A stretch of DNA of 64,000 bases from a virus. Its lineage: Duplodnaviria; Caudoviricetes. The stretch spans positions 12,391 to 76,390 of IMG/VR virus record IMGVR_UViG_3300023170_000014. One strand, written 5' to 3'. Each line of letters opens with the position of its first letter. Within the stretch, counting starts at the first letter, position 1. A program made the position numbers and the translations under genes. Below, piece after piece: positions 47,429-55,954 of this stretch. The notes below the pieces were generated by a model. That model searched no databases and was not told the origin of the DNA. It saw nothing but the letters and a program-made list of their open reading frames with translations.

Positions 47429-47510
47429 TAGGGAAGGAGGGACTTGAACCCCCACGCCTTGCGGCAACGGATTTTGAGTCCGTCGTGTCTGCCAATTTCA
47501 CCACTTCCCC
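47429..47510 (-). tRNA. tRNA-Leu(CAA)
   Basis: Long variable arm; loop CTCAAAA; no CCA. Confidence 0.9.
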
Positions 47511-47513
47511 TCA

Positions 47514-47587
47514 TGGGCAAGGAGGGACTTGAACCCCCGACTTCCTGCGTGTAAAGCAGGCACTCTGACCAACTGAGTTACTCGCCC
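47514..47587 (-). tRNA. tRNA-Val(UAC)
   Basis: Loop TTTACAC; D-stem ACTC/GAGT; no CCA. Confidence 0.9.
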
Positions 47588-47590
47588 AAA

Positions 47591-47663
<73 letters not shown>

Positions 47664-47670
47664 AGGATTA

Positions 47671-47862
47671 TTAACCTGTTAATCCTATACCGCTTGGTCT
47701 ATCCTTTTGCATCTGATCTGCCCACTGTTGGGCTTTCTTAACGCGAGGACGCTCTGCCGAAGGCATGCGATCCTGCTCTGACTTATTTGGATGAAGTACT
47801 TCGGGAGTCCCCTTGCGAGGATCTGTGTTCTTCTTACGCTCATTAACCATATCATACTCCAA
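47671..47862 (-). CDS. small hypothetical protein
   Basis: ORF between tRNAs, downstream of a TGATATAAT element; exact start uncertain. Confidence 0.5.
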   Translation of the reverse strand: MEYDMVNERKKNTDPRKGTPEVLHPNKSEQDRMPSAERPRVKKAQQWADQMQKDRPSGIGLTG

Positions 47863-47874
47863 TCTGTTTTTTAC

Positions 47875-47883
47875 ATTATATCA
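47875..47883 (-). promoter_or_regulatory. extended -10 promoter
   Basis: TGATATAATGTAA, matching the + strand copy at 42412. Confidence 0.55.
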
Positions 47884-47890
47884 TACTGCA

Positions 47891-47961
47891 AGCGGCTAGT
47901 CGGAATCGAACCGACGAATATGGCTTGGAAGGCCAACGTTTTACCCCTAAACTATATCCGC
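47891..47961 (-). tRNA. tRNA-Gly(UCC)
   Basis: GCGG acceptor start, U73; loop CTTCCAA; one acceptor mismatch; no CCA. Confidence 0.85.
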
Positions 47962-47964
47962 ATA

Positions 47965-48036
47965 CTCGGGAGGCAGGATTCGAACCTGCGACATATCGGT
48001 TAACAGCCGACTGTTCTACCACTGAACTACTCCCGA
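47965..48036 (-). tRNA. tRNA-Asn(GUU)
   Basis: Loop CTGTTAA; G73; no CCA. Confidence 0.9.
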
Positions 48037-48065
48037 ACGTTGCTATTTAATTATAGCAACTAACC

Positions 48066-49874
48066 TTATGCAGCAGCAACTTCTTCTAAATCTGGAATAT
48101 CGCAAACCCCACCAACACACTCAAGAGAATTAAGTTCAGCAAAGTTAGATCCTTCAATGACAATACCTTGCTCTTCAATAATCTTTTTAGCCTCTGCTAC
48201 AGGAATGTGTTCTAGTGGCTCTTCTCCGCGAGAACCTTGACGATAAATAGTTGTTCCCTTGCATGAATCAAGGTATTGTAACCATAAGTCGCTAAGATTG
48301 TCAAGTGGATACTCTTTTGGAAGATTAATTGTCTTTGATACTGCATTATCAATGTGCTTTTGCACAGTCTTCTGCATTTCAAAATGTGCTTCTACAGGAA
48401 TGTCATAAGCACCAACGGCAATCTCACCAAACTCCTTATATTCATCTGTAATAACAAGTTCTTGTTTTTTCTGGTCACGACCTTTTTCATCGCTAACACG
48501 ATAACGACGCCAGTATACGGGAGCAAACAAAGGCTCAATGCCGCTAGTTACACCAGATACCATAGAAGTAGTTCCGGTAGGAGCAATAGTCATAAGGGCA
48601 CAGTTGCGAAGACCGTGAGCCTTGATCTTGTTACGAATACCACGCTTAAGCGTCTTAGCAAAACCACCTTGCAAATATTTGTCACGATCAAAACCGGGGA
48701 ATGGTCCCTTCTCAGCAGCAAGAGTTGCAGAAGCATCATAGGCTACATTCTTGTAAAACTCAAATAGTTTATTAACGAATTCAAATCCTTCTTCTGAATC
48801 GTAACGAAGACCCAATTTTAAAAGCATAGTGTGAAGTCCCATAACGCCAGCGCCAAGGCGACGGTTCATGTGGCACTTCTCTTGAATCTCAGGAAGAGGA
48901 AAATGATTAACATCAAGTACATTATCTAAGAAACGAACAGCAAGACGAATTGAAGCATCAAACTGGTCCCAATCAAATTCTCCGTCCTTAACAAATCTTG
49001 GAAGGACCAAAGAGCCAAGATCACAACAATCATATGCGCCTAACCAAATTTCACCACAAGGATTAGTAGAAATAAGTTCTTCATAGTAGTATATGTTGTT
49101 CATCTTGTTTGCAAGGTGCCCATTAAGAACACCCGGCTCACCAGAATTCCACGCATTTGTTACAAGAGTCTCCCAAACTTCTTTAGCCTTAAGGATTTCA
49201 CCAGTTGGGAGTCCATTGAATTCTAATACAATATCACCATCTTCTTGAACTAATCTTACAAATTCTTCTGTTGGCATATTAAGAACAACAGAAATGTTTG
49301 CATTTTCAAGTTCTTGACGATCTAGTTTAACGTGAAGAAACTCTTCAAGATCTGGGTGATTAATATTAAGGCACTGCATAAGAGCAGCACGACGCCCACC
49401 GCCTTGACGAAGTTCATTAGCGATACCGTCTTGCATCTTCATAGCAGACACAGCACCTGTTGATACTCCACCAGTTCCCTTAATTGCGAATCCGCGAGGA
49501 CGGGGCTTTGAATAGTTTGCTCCAATGCCGCCACCTAAACCTGAAATAACAGTAGTGTCATAAAGCATCTTTCCCCAACCTTCTCGGGAATCGTCTACTG
49601 GAATAACAAAACAGTTAAGTAACTGTCCCTTTGGACGACCAGCCCCGTACCAAATACGACCACCGGGCATAAACCTATTTGTTACCAATTCCTCATAAAA
49701 TTTTTCTGAGTACTTGTTAACTTTTCCATTAGTCTCTGCGTCAGCGATATGACGCGCAACTCTTTCGCAGGCTTCTTCCCAAGTCTCTTCTTCATTTCTA
49801 GCGTATCTCTCTTTAAAAATAATCTCTCCAAGTCCAGACGGACTAAACTTTTGCTGCTTCTCGTTCTCTTCCAT
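48066..49874 (-). CDS. nrdJ: class II (adenosylcobalamin-dependent) ribonucleotide reductase
   Basis: FMPGGR, LLNCFV, GGGRRAALM, TNPCGEI, CDLGSL, IAPTGTTS, C-terminal C...C; no beta subunit nearby; AAGGAG RBS before 49874 (track start 49898). Confidence 0.9.
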   Translation of the reverse strand: MEENEKQQKFSPSGLGEIIFKERYARNEEETWEEACERVARHIADAETNGKVNKYSEKFYEELVTNRFMPGGRIWYGAGRPKGQLLNCFVIPVDDSREGWGKMLYDTTVISGLGGGIGANYSKPRPRGFAIKGTGGVSTGAVSAMKMQDGIANELRQGGGRRAALMQCLNINHPDLEEFLHVKLDRQELENANISVVLNMPTEEFVRLVQEDGDIVLEFNGLPTGEILKAKEVWETLVTNAWNSGEPGVLNGHLANKMNNIYYYEELISTNPCGEIWLGAYDCCDLGSLVLPRFVKDGEFDWDQFDASIRLAVRFLDNVLDVNHFPLPEIQEKCHMNRRLGAGVMGLHTMLLKLGLRYDSEEGFEFVNKLFEFYKNVAYDASATLAAEKGPFPGFDRDKYLQGGFAKTLKRGIRNKIKAHGLRNCALMTIAPTGTTSMVSGVTSGIEPLFAPVYWRRYRVSDEKGRDQKKQELVITDEYKEFGEIAVGAYDIPVEAHFEMQKTVQKHIDNAVSKTINLPKEYPLDNLSDLWLQYLDSCKGTTIYRQGSRGEEPLEHIPVAEAKKIIEEQGIVIEGSNFAELNSLECVGGVCDIPDLEEVAAA

Positions 49875-49938
49875 TCTACGCTCCTTTAAATACAACAAAG
49901 TACACTTTACATTACAGTAACTAAAAATAATTTAGATC

Positions 49939-50373
49939 TTACTTTCCAGAAGATCCGAACCCGCCGACACCCCTACCGTCGTGTGAAGGTGGAAGTTCGT
50001 TAACTTCTTCAAGAGAAACGCGCTCATGTTGAACAATAACTAATTGCGCGATCTTGTCTCCCTTTTTAATCTTATAGATATTGTTAGACAAATTTAAAAG
50101 CATTACTTTTACTTCTCCACGGTATCCAGAATCAATAAGTCCGGGAGCGTTAGGGATGATAATGCCTTTCTTGCCCATAGAAGAGCGCGGAAGTACTAAT
50201 CCGCAATATCCTAATGGAATAGCAATGCCTATCCCGGTACTAACTGAATTTACTTCACCCAAGTATAGAGTATAGTCTTCACAGGCAACCAAGTCAAGAC
50301 CAGCATCTCCATTGTGAGCAACTTCTGGGACTACAGCGTTATTATTTGATAAAATAATAGGTAAATGAAACAT
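49939..50373 (-). CDS. dut: trimeric dUTPase
   Basis: AGLDL, PRSS, GLIDSGYRGE, KIAQL, RGVGGFGSSG. Confidence 0.95.
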   Translation of the reverse strand: MFHLPIILSNNNAVVPEVAHNGDAGLDLVACEDYTLYLGEVNSVSTGIGIAIPLGYCGLVLPRSSMGKKGIIIPNAPGLIDSGYRGEVKVMLLNLSNNIYKIKKGDKIAQLVIVQHERVSLEEVNELPPSHDGRGVGGFGSSGK

Positions 50374-50421
50374 TTAAGTAATGACCCCTTTTTCACTAAA
50401 TAAGGTTGTTATTCTAAGCCT

Positions 50422-50432
50422 TAAGATATAGA
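50422..50432 (+). promoter_or_regulatory. putative late promoter element
   Basis: TAAGATATAGA at the start of the second + strand block. Confidence 0.4.
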
Positions 50433-50450
50433 TATCTAAAGAGAATAATT

Positions 50451-52022
50451 ATGCAATATAGATTTATTTGGAATATAGATCAAGATCAAATTCACTTTGT
50501 AAATAATTTTGATTTTGAAGAACCCCTAGAAGATAATTATATCACAGGAGACTATCTTCCTGCTGATAAATCTATTTCTTTATATAAAGAAGATGTTAAA
50601 GTTCCAATAAATTTAGATTATTTTGTTCGTCTATGGAAAGCGTCTGAACCAGATAAAGAGATTGTTAGAGAAAGAGTAGAGGTAGTGAGTTTAAATAAAG
50701 TTTCAAACGTTAGACTTGCCTCAAGTCAAGAAGAAAAGTTGGTCGCCCAGTTTTTAATTGCTGAACATGGTCAAGATAGTATGTTAAATCTAGATAAACT
50801 TTTTGAAGCAAATCCTACTCCCGATGATGTAAGAAGATACTTTATTCCTTTTATAAAGAAGTTTAATCAAAACACTTTTAAGCAATTCCCTGACAACCTT
50901 CCTAGAAACGCAAAGCAATGGAGAGCCTTATCAGAAGAAGAAGTTTTTGCTTATGTAGAATATTTTGCAAATAATATATCAAGAGGCGATCAACAACTTG
51001 CTAATTCTTTAACTCAAGCAATGATGGATAAATGGGAAATGGATGGAGTTCCATTTGATCCTGCGGAATATATCATAGATGAGGGAATGATAAACTGGAA
51101 TGAAGTTCGATCTTTACTATTAAGAGAATTTGGCAATTCATTTAATTTGTTTTCTAAATGGGAAAAAGTTTCTGACTATGGAGGCTGGACAAACTGGGAA
51201 ACGTTTTTGACAAATAACATTATGGAAAACGAATTTAATATATATAAATATTTTTTAGATTTAGCAAAAAAAGCCATTAGTAAATACCCAAGTGAAACTT
51301 TTTTTGAATTAAAAGAAGTTTGGCGTGAAAAAATTGAAGAAATGGTTATTGATGTACATAACAGAACCTGTGACGAAACAGAACGAATTGATGATATTCT
51401 GAAAGTAGACTTTGATGAAATTTTAGGTCATTGGTTTGAAAAAGTAAACGAAGAATTAGGTTACGATGAAGTTTATTCTTTACAAAGAAAAAATCAAATT
51501 CTAGATAAGTGGGAACCCGAAAGTTGGTGGAAAGGGTCTAAATGGAATAAAATCTCAGATCATAATGGCTGGACAAACTGGGAAACTTGGAACGTTAATC
51601 TTATGATGGAAAACGATTATGATGACTATTTGTATTTCACGGAGTTAGCAAAGAAAAATATTTCTGTTGATGACTTTGCTATGGCAGCAATCGAAAGAGT
51701 AATTGGTCCATATAATGAACAACTTAGAAACGATTTTGCTGAATATACCGATGAAGAAGAAATTTTAATGCAATTAGAAAATGATGATCAAAAATGGCGA
51801 AGCGATGCTGAAAGAAGATATCCAGACGATCCAGAGGCTCAAGAAGATTATATTAGAAAAATGCGAGAGATTGTTTATGGCCTAATGGGAATTCCTGAAC
51901 CGACAGATATAGCAAATCATTGGCTAGATGAGTCCAAAGTGAACTGGCAAGAAATTTATGAAAATTGGGTTAACAATACGAAAGAATCAAACTGGAAGGT
52001 ATTGAAGTGGAACAGGATTTAA
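50451..52022 (+). CDS. modular protein with two tandem GWTNWET domains
   Basis: SKWEKVS-DYGGWTNWETF and SKWNKIS-DHNGWTNWETW. Confidence 0.65.
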   Translation: MQYRFIWNIDQDQIHFVNNFDFEEPLEDNYITGDYLPADKSISLYKEDVKVPINLDYFVRLWKASEPDKEIVRERVEVVSLNKVSNVRLASSQEEKLVAQFLIAEHGQDSMLNLDKLFEANPTPDDVRRYFIPFIKKFNQNTFKQFPDNLPRNAKQWRALSEEEVFAYVEYFANNISRGDQQLANSLTQAMMDKWEMDGVPFDPAEYIIDEGMINWNEVRSLLLREFGNSFNLFSKWEKVSDYGGWTNWETFLTNNIMENEFNIYKYFLDLAKKAISKYPSETFFELKEVWREKIEEMVIDVHNRTCDETERIDDILKVDFDEILGHWFEKVNEELGYDEVYSLQRKNQILDKWEPESWWKGSKWNKISDHNGWTNWETWNVNLMMENDYDDYLYFTELAKKNISVDDFAMAAIERVIGPYNEQLRNDFAEYTDEEEILMQLENDDQKWRSDAERRYPDDPEAQEDYIRKMREIVYGLMGIPEPTDIANHWLDESKVNWQEIYENWVNNTKESNWKVLKWNRI

Positions 52023-55000
52023 TTCAAAAAGAATCTAATATTTTAGATCCAATTCATGACACTTTAGATCAAGATGTATTTAACGGGATGACTCCCAAAA
52101 GTGCTTTTTTTGAATATCACTTAGATCACGTTAGAGAAGTTTTTAGACAAAACAACTTTAACCCATATGCTTTTGATTTCTATTTAACAGGTTCTCTTTG
52201 TACATATCAATATTCGGAAAAATCAGATGTAGACATTTCTATTGTTTGTAACGCCGACGAGTTTGATGAAGAAGATCGTGCAGATCTTATTGCTATTGTG
52301 ATTGAATCTTTAGACGGCACCTTCTTTCCTAGAACTAAACACCAATATCAACATTTTGTTCAACCAATTGGTGTAGACATTGAAGACCTTTTTATTCTCG
52401 GTCTTAGAAGCGCGTGGGATTTTCAAAAAAACGAATGGGTTCTTAAACCAAAAAGACCAACTACAGATATTAAAAAAGAAAAGCCTGATTGGATTCTAAT
52501 GGGGGTTCAGGTATCTGACAAAATTAATACTTTGATTGATAATCATAAATATGAAGATGCTAAGGCAATGTATAAAAAAGTGCATCAAAAAAGAAAAGAA
52601 GATCAGATTGACTATGGCGATTACAGCGAAGGTAATGTTATTTATAAATTTTTAGATAATAACGGAACATTTGATCGCCTAAAAAATGTTGGACAAAGAA
52701 TTGCTTTTCAAAAAGAAGCATTTACAAAAGACGATTTTGTAAATTATTATTATGAATCTACTTTTTATAATAGATCTTTTCGTCAAAAAACACATCTAAA
52801 CTCTAAAGGGTATCCTTGCGACTGCACCTTTGGCAAAAAAGACCTAAAAGCAGTTGCTCAATATTATAATAATATAAATAAAACCGATAGTGAAGATTTT
52901 AAATTCAGTTTTAATAAAAATAGCAACGAGGGTGAAGAATCCAAGATAAAGCAAATCGCTCAAAAAATCCTTGATAAGCAGATCAGTGAAGAATCAAAAT
53001 GGAATAAAAGATACCCCGTTTGGAAAGAGCGTTTACAATCTATTGTTGATATGGGCGTTTTAACGGAAGAAAGCATTAAATTTTGGGGAGGAATTATTTC
53101 TTTGTACAAAAAAGCAGTACAAAGAAATGATGTGATGATCAATAATAATGCATATAGAATGTATCTTTTTAGTGGACCAACTGATCCTTTATATAGAGAT
53201 AAAGATTATTTACAATCTTATAAAGAAGATTTTAGAAAACTTTGGACGGGAAACTTTGGTAAAAATACAAAAGTTGGAGATTTTATTAATAGTGAAAACT
53301 ATGAGTTTCTTGGCGAATCATATGACTGGAGCGCCGAATCAGAGTTTATTGGGACAATAGATCGCTTACTTTACACAGATATTTCTTTAGATGAAGAAAT
53401 AGATTTTAGTTGGCGCTGGTGGTTTAGTTTACAAAACTCAGACAATAATCAATTAAACAATAAATTGCAAAAAATTGAAAATCTTTTTAATCAAAAAATT
53501 AAAGAAATGAAAAAAGATAATCATCTAGATTTTGGGTTTTTGACTACCTTAAATAAAGTTTCTATGCTATTAACCGATAGATATGGAAACTATGTAGAAA
53601 ATTTTGAAAATATATTAGATATGATTTTAGACGGATCAATATTTAAAATGCGTCCAGAAGAAGTTTTAGATTTCTATGTACAAAACAGGTCTAACTATCC
53701 GGCTAGAAATACTATATTTGAAGGTGCCGTAAATGCAATTCAATATATGAACAGTATAAGGCTTCAATATCTCTTAAATGAATATAAAGACTTAAGATTT
53801 CCTACAAATTTAGAAGGAATGGATAGTTTTAATGAACTAAGCCTTTCTCTTCGTCAGATAGAAACAGAAACAAAAGAAAGAGAAGAATATAAAGAATTAT
53901 TAAGACAATTTAAAGAAGGAGAAGTCGCATACGAATCAGATAGTCCTGTTTTTACTTTTGAAGTTAAAAAAGGTAATCCCGAAAAAGCAAAACCGGGAGT
54001 TTGGGGAGTATACCGACTTGAAAGTACAGACGATTTAGAATTAGAAGGAAGGATATGTAACCACTGTATTGGAAGTTGGGAACAGCCTCATATTAGAAGA
54101 AGGGATGAAGATCTTAATACTGTTTATTCTGTGCGCGACCCGGATGGAGTTCCTTGGACAACTTTGGAATTAGATAAAGAAGGGGTGATTCTGGGACAAG
54201 CGTTTGGTCGTCAGGATCATGCCGTAAGACAAAATGAACAAAAGATTTTAAATGCTTTCTTCGGACAAGAAAGTTTTCAAAGACAAAGCAAAAATCCAAA
54301 TAAATATATAGTCAGAACAAGAAATGGTAAAGAGTATGTTTATAACGCATCAAGCACAGAAGATGCAGTCGAACAACACAAAGAGGCAATAAAAAGCATA
54401 CCACTTCCATTTGATTACCCCCGATGGGCTTATGAAGAAGAAATAAAAGGACTCAAAGCAGTTGCGGCATATGGTGCTGGTCACGATTGGTTTGATAAAC
54501 CAGAAGGACAAAGAAGTGGTCTTTATTATGAGAGCGATTTGCCCGTTGCAGAAGAAGATATAGAAACAACTGAATATCATATGGAACCAGATGTTTTTTG
54601 GGGACTTTCAAATATACCCGAAATATCTAGTGGTGATGAATTAGAAACGCTCTGGCAATGGGTAGAAGGTGACTATGGCGAGAGCGCTTATTTGTTTGAT
54701 ATGATGAATTATTATTATCCAGATGAAGACACCCCGGTAGAGGAACTAGAAAGAGATGACTATGGATATGCTCTCGTTAGAATAGTAGAGCCATATACTT
54801 TTGACGGGTCATATTCAAATGTTTTTAATTTTATAAATTCTATTGTAGAAAAATACGAAAATTTGCTTTTTGATGAAGAAAATAATATTTCAGATGAAAT
54901 ATGGGATTTTTATGAATCAGTAAAAGGACTTGGAACATATATTATTTTAACCTCTATTTCTACAGGACAAATTGAAAAAATTATTAATACCTATGTAAAT

Positions 55001-55954
55001 GCTTTTGATTTTTATGTACAAAAACAAACATCTATGTTTTACAAAGAAAACAAAAAAAACAAAATTGCAATTTTAAATGGAATTAGAATAGTTTTAAAAG
55101 ATTTAATTTCAAGTGTTGATTATACAACTTCGGTAAATGATATATACCATTTGTTTGATGATTCAGAAATTTCTAAAAGTCTAGAAAGTGAATATGGAAG
55201 TTGGAACTATAATTACGACTTTGAAAATTCTTACGTTGAATTTCAAATAGAGCCAAAATCAATGCCTAAAGAAGAAATTAATCAATCAAGAACATATTTA
55301 ATAAATTATGTTCAATATGCAATTAATTTGTCTGAAGAAATAAAAGAATTGGCGAGAAATTTTTTTGAAAGAAATTTAAACTCTCCTATTCAAAGAACAA
55401 TTTGGTTTAATCAAAATGAAAATACATTAACTGGACCTCCTTTAGAACTTGAAGAAAAACAAATTCAGCCGGGAGATAGTGATTCGGATAAAGAAAGAAA
55501 ATTGATACAACAAGACCTTCTGCGAAAAGAAGTTGATGATTCTGGTCTGTATGAAACAAAACTTAGAGAACTAAGAGATATTGTATACTACATTGCTAAA
55601 GAAACAGGATTAAATGCAATTGTAAATCCAATAAATAAAATGTTCAATGACAGATTTCAACTTGGATCATATAATTCTAGATTTTTGGAAAGAAGCATGA
55701 ATGAATTAATTAATTTATTAGAATATGCAAAAAATACTATTTATATGAATGAAAATCCAGACGCTGGAGCAGGAGGAATTGCTGGTGGGCAAATAAACTT
55801 TTATATGATGCCGCCAGAACCTAGCACAGAAGAATTCGAAAGATGGGAAAGGGTACAAGAAGGTTTATTAGCGACTACAGAACCTTATAAGGGAGAAGAT
55901 AGTTGGGGTTCTGAAGGATTTGCCCCAGATACAAGTAGGCGAAGAGGAATTTAA
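52007..55954 (+). CDS. large modular protein: Pol-beta-type nucleotidyltransferase, Zn micro-module, PcfJ-like domain
   Basis: YLTGSLCTYQYSEKSDVDISIV (GS..DxD), EGNVIYKFL; LELEGRICNHCIG...YSVRDPDGVPWTTLEL. Confidence 0.7.
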   Translation: MEQDLIQKESNILDPIHDTLDQDVFNGMTPKSAFFEYHLDHVREVFRQNNFNPYAFDFYLTGSLCTYQYSEKSDVDISIVCNADEFDEEDRADLIAIVIESLDGTFFPRTKHQYQHFVQPIGVDIEDLFILGLRSAWDFQKNEWVLKPKRPTTDIKKEKPDWILMGVQVSDKINTLIDNHKYEDAKAMYKKVHQKRKEDQIDYGDYSEGNVIYKFLDNNGTFDRLKNVGQRIAFQKEAFTKDDFVNYYYESTFYNRSFRQKTHLNSKGYPCDCTFGKKDLKAVAQYYNNINKTDSEDFKFSFNKNSNEGEESKIKQIAQKILDKQISEESKWNKRYPVWKERLQSIVDMGVLTEESIKFWGGIISLYKKAVQRNDVMINNNAYRMYLFSGPTDPLYRDKDYLQSYKEDFRKLWTGNFGKNTKVGDFINSENYEFLGESYDWSAESEFIGTIDRLLYTDISLDEEIDFSWRWWFSLQNSDNNQLNNKLQKIENLFNQKIKEMKKDNHLDFGFLTTLNKVSMLLTDRYGNYVENFENILDMILDGSIFKMRPEEVLDFYVQNRSNYPARNTIFEGAVNAIQYMNSIRLQYLLNEYKDLRFPTNLEGMDSFNELSLSLRQIETETKEREEYKELLRQFKEGEVAYESDSPVFTFEVKKGNPEKAKPGVWGVYRLESTDDLELEGRICNHCIGSWEQPHIRRRDEDLNTVYSVRDPDGVPWTTLELDKEGVILGQAFGRQDHAVRQNEQKILNAFFGQESFQRQSKNPNKYIVRTRNGKEYVYNASSTEDAVEQHKEAIKSIPLPFDYPRWAYEEEIKGLKAVAAYGAGHDWFDKPEGQRSGLYYESDLPVAEEDIETTEYHMEPDVFWGLSNIPEISSGDELETLWQWVEGDYGESAYLFDMMNYYYPDEDTPVEELERDDYGYALVRIVEPYTFDGSYSNVFNFINSIVEKYENLLFDEENNISDEIWDFYESVKGLGTYIILTSISTGQIEKIINTYVNAFDFYVQKQTSMFYKENKKNKIAILNGIRIVLKDLISSVDYTTSVNDIYHLFDDSEISKSLESEYGSWNYNYDFENSYVEFQIEPKSMPKEEINQSRTYLINYVQYAINLSEEIKELARNFFERNLNSPIQRTIWFNQNENTLTGPPLELEEKQIQPGDSDSDKERKLIQQDLLRKEVDDSGLYETKLRELRDIVYYIAKETGLNAIVNPINKMFNDRFQLGSYNSRFLERSMNELINLLEYAKNTIYMNENPDAGAGGIAGGQINFYMMPPEPSTEEFERWERVQEGLLATTEPYKGEDSWGSEGFAPDTSRRRGI

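Noticed and set aside
47791-48003. + strand 70-aa ORF
   Set aside because: Antisense to tRNA-Gly and tRNA-Asn; shadow ORF
48066-49874. Intron or intein in nrdJ
   Set aside because: ORF is continuous and compact, with NPCGE uninterrupted
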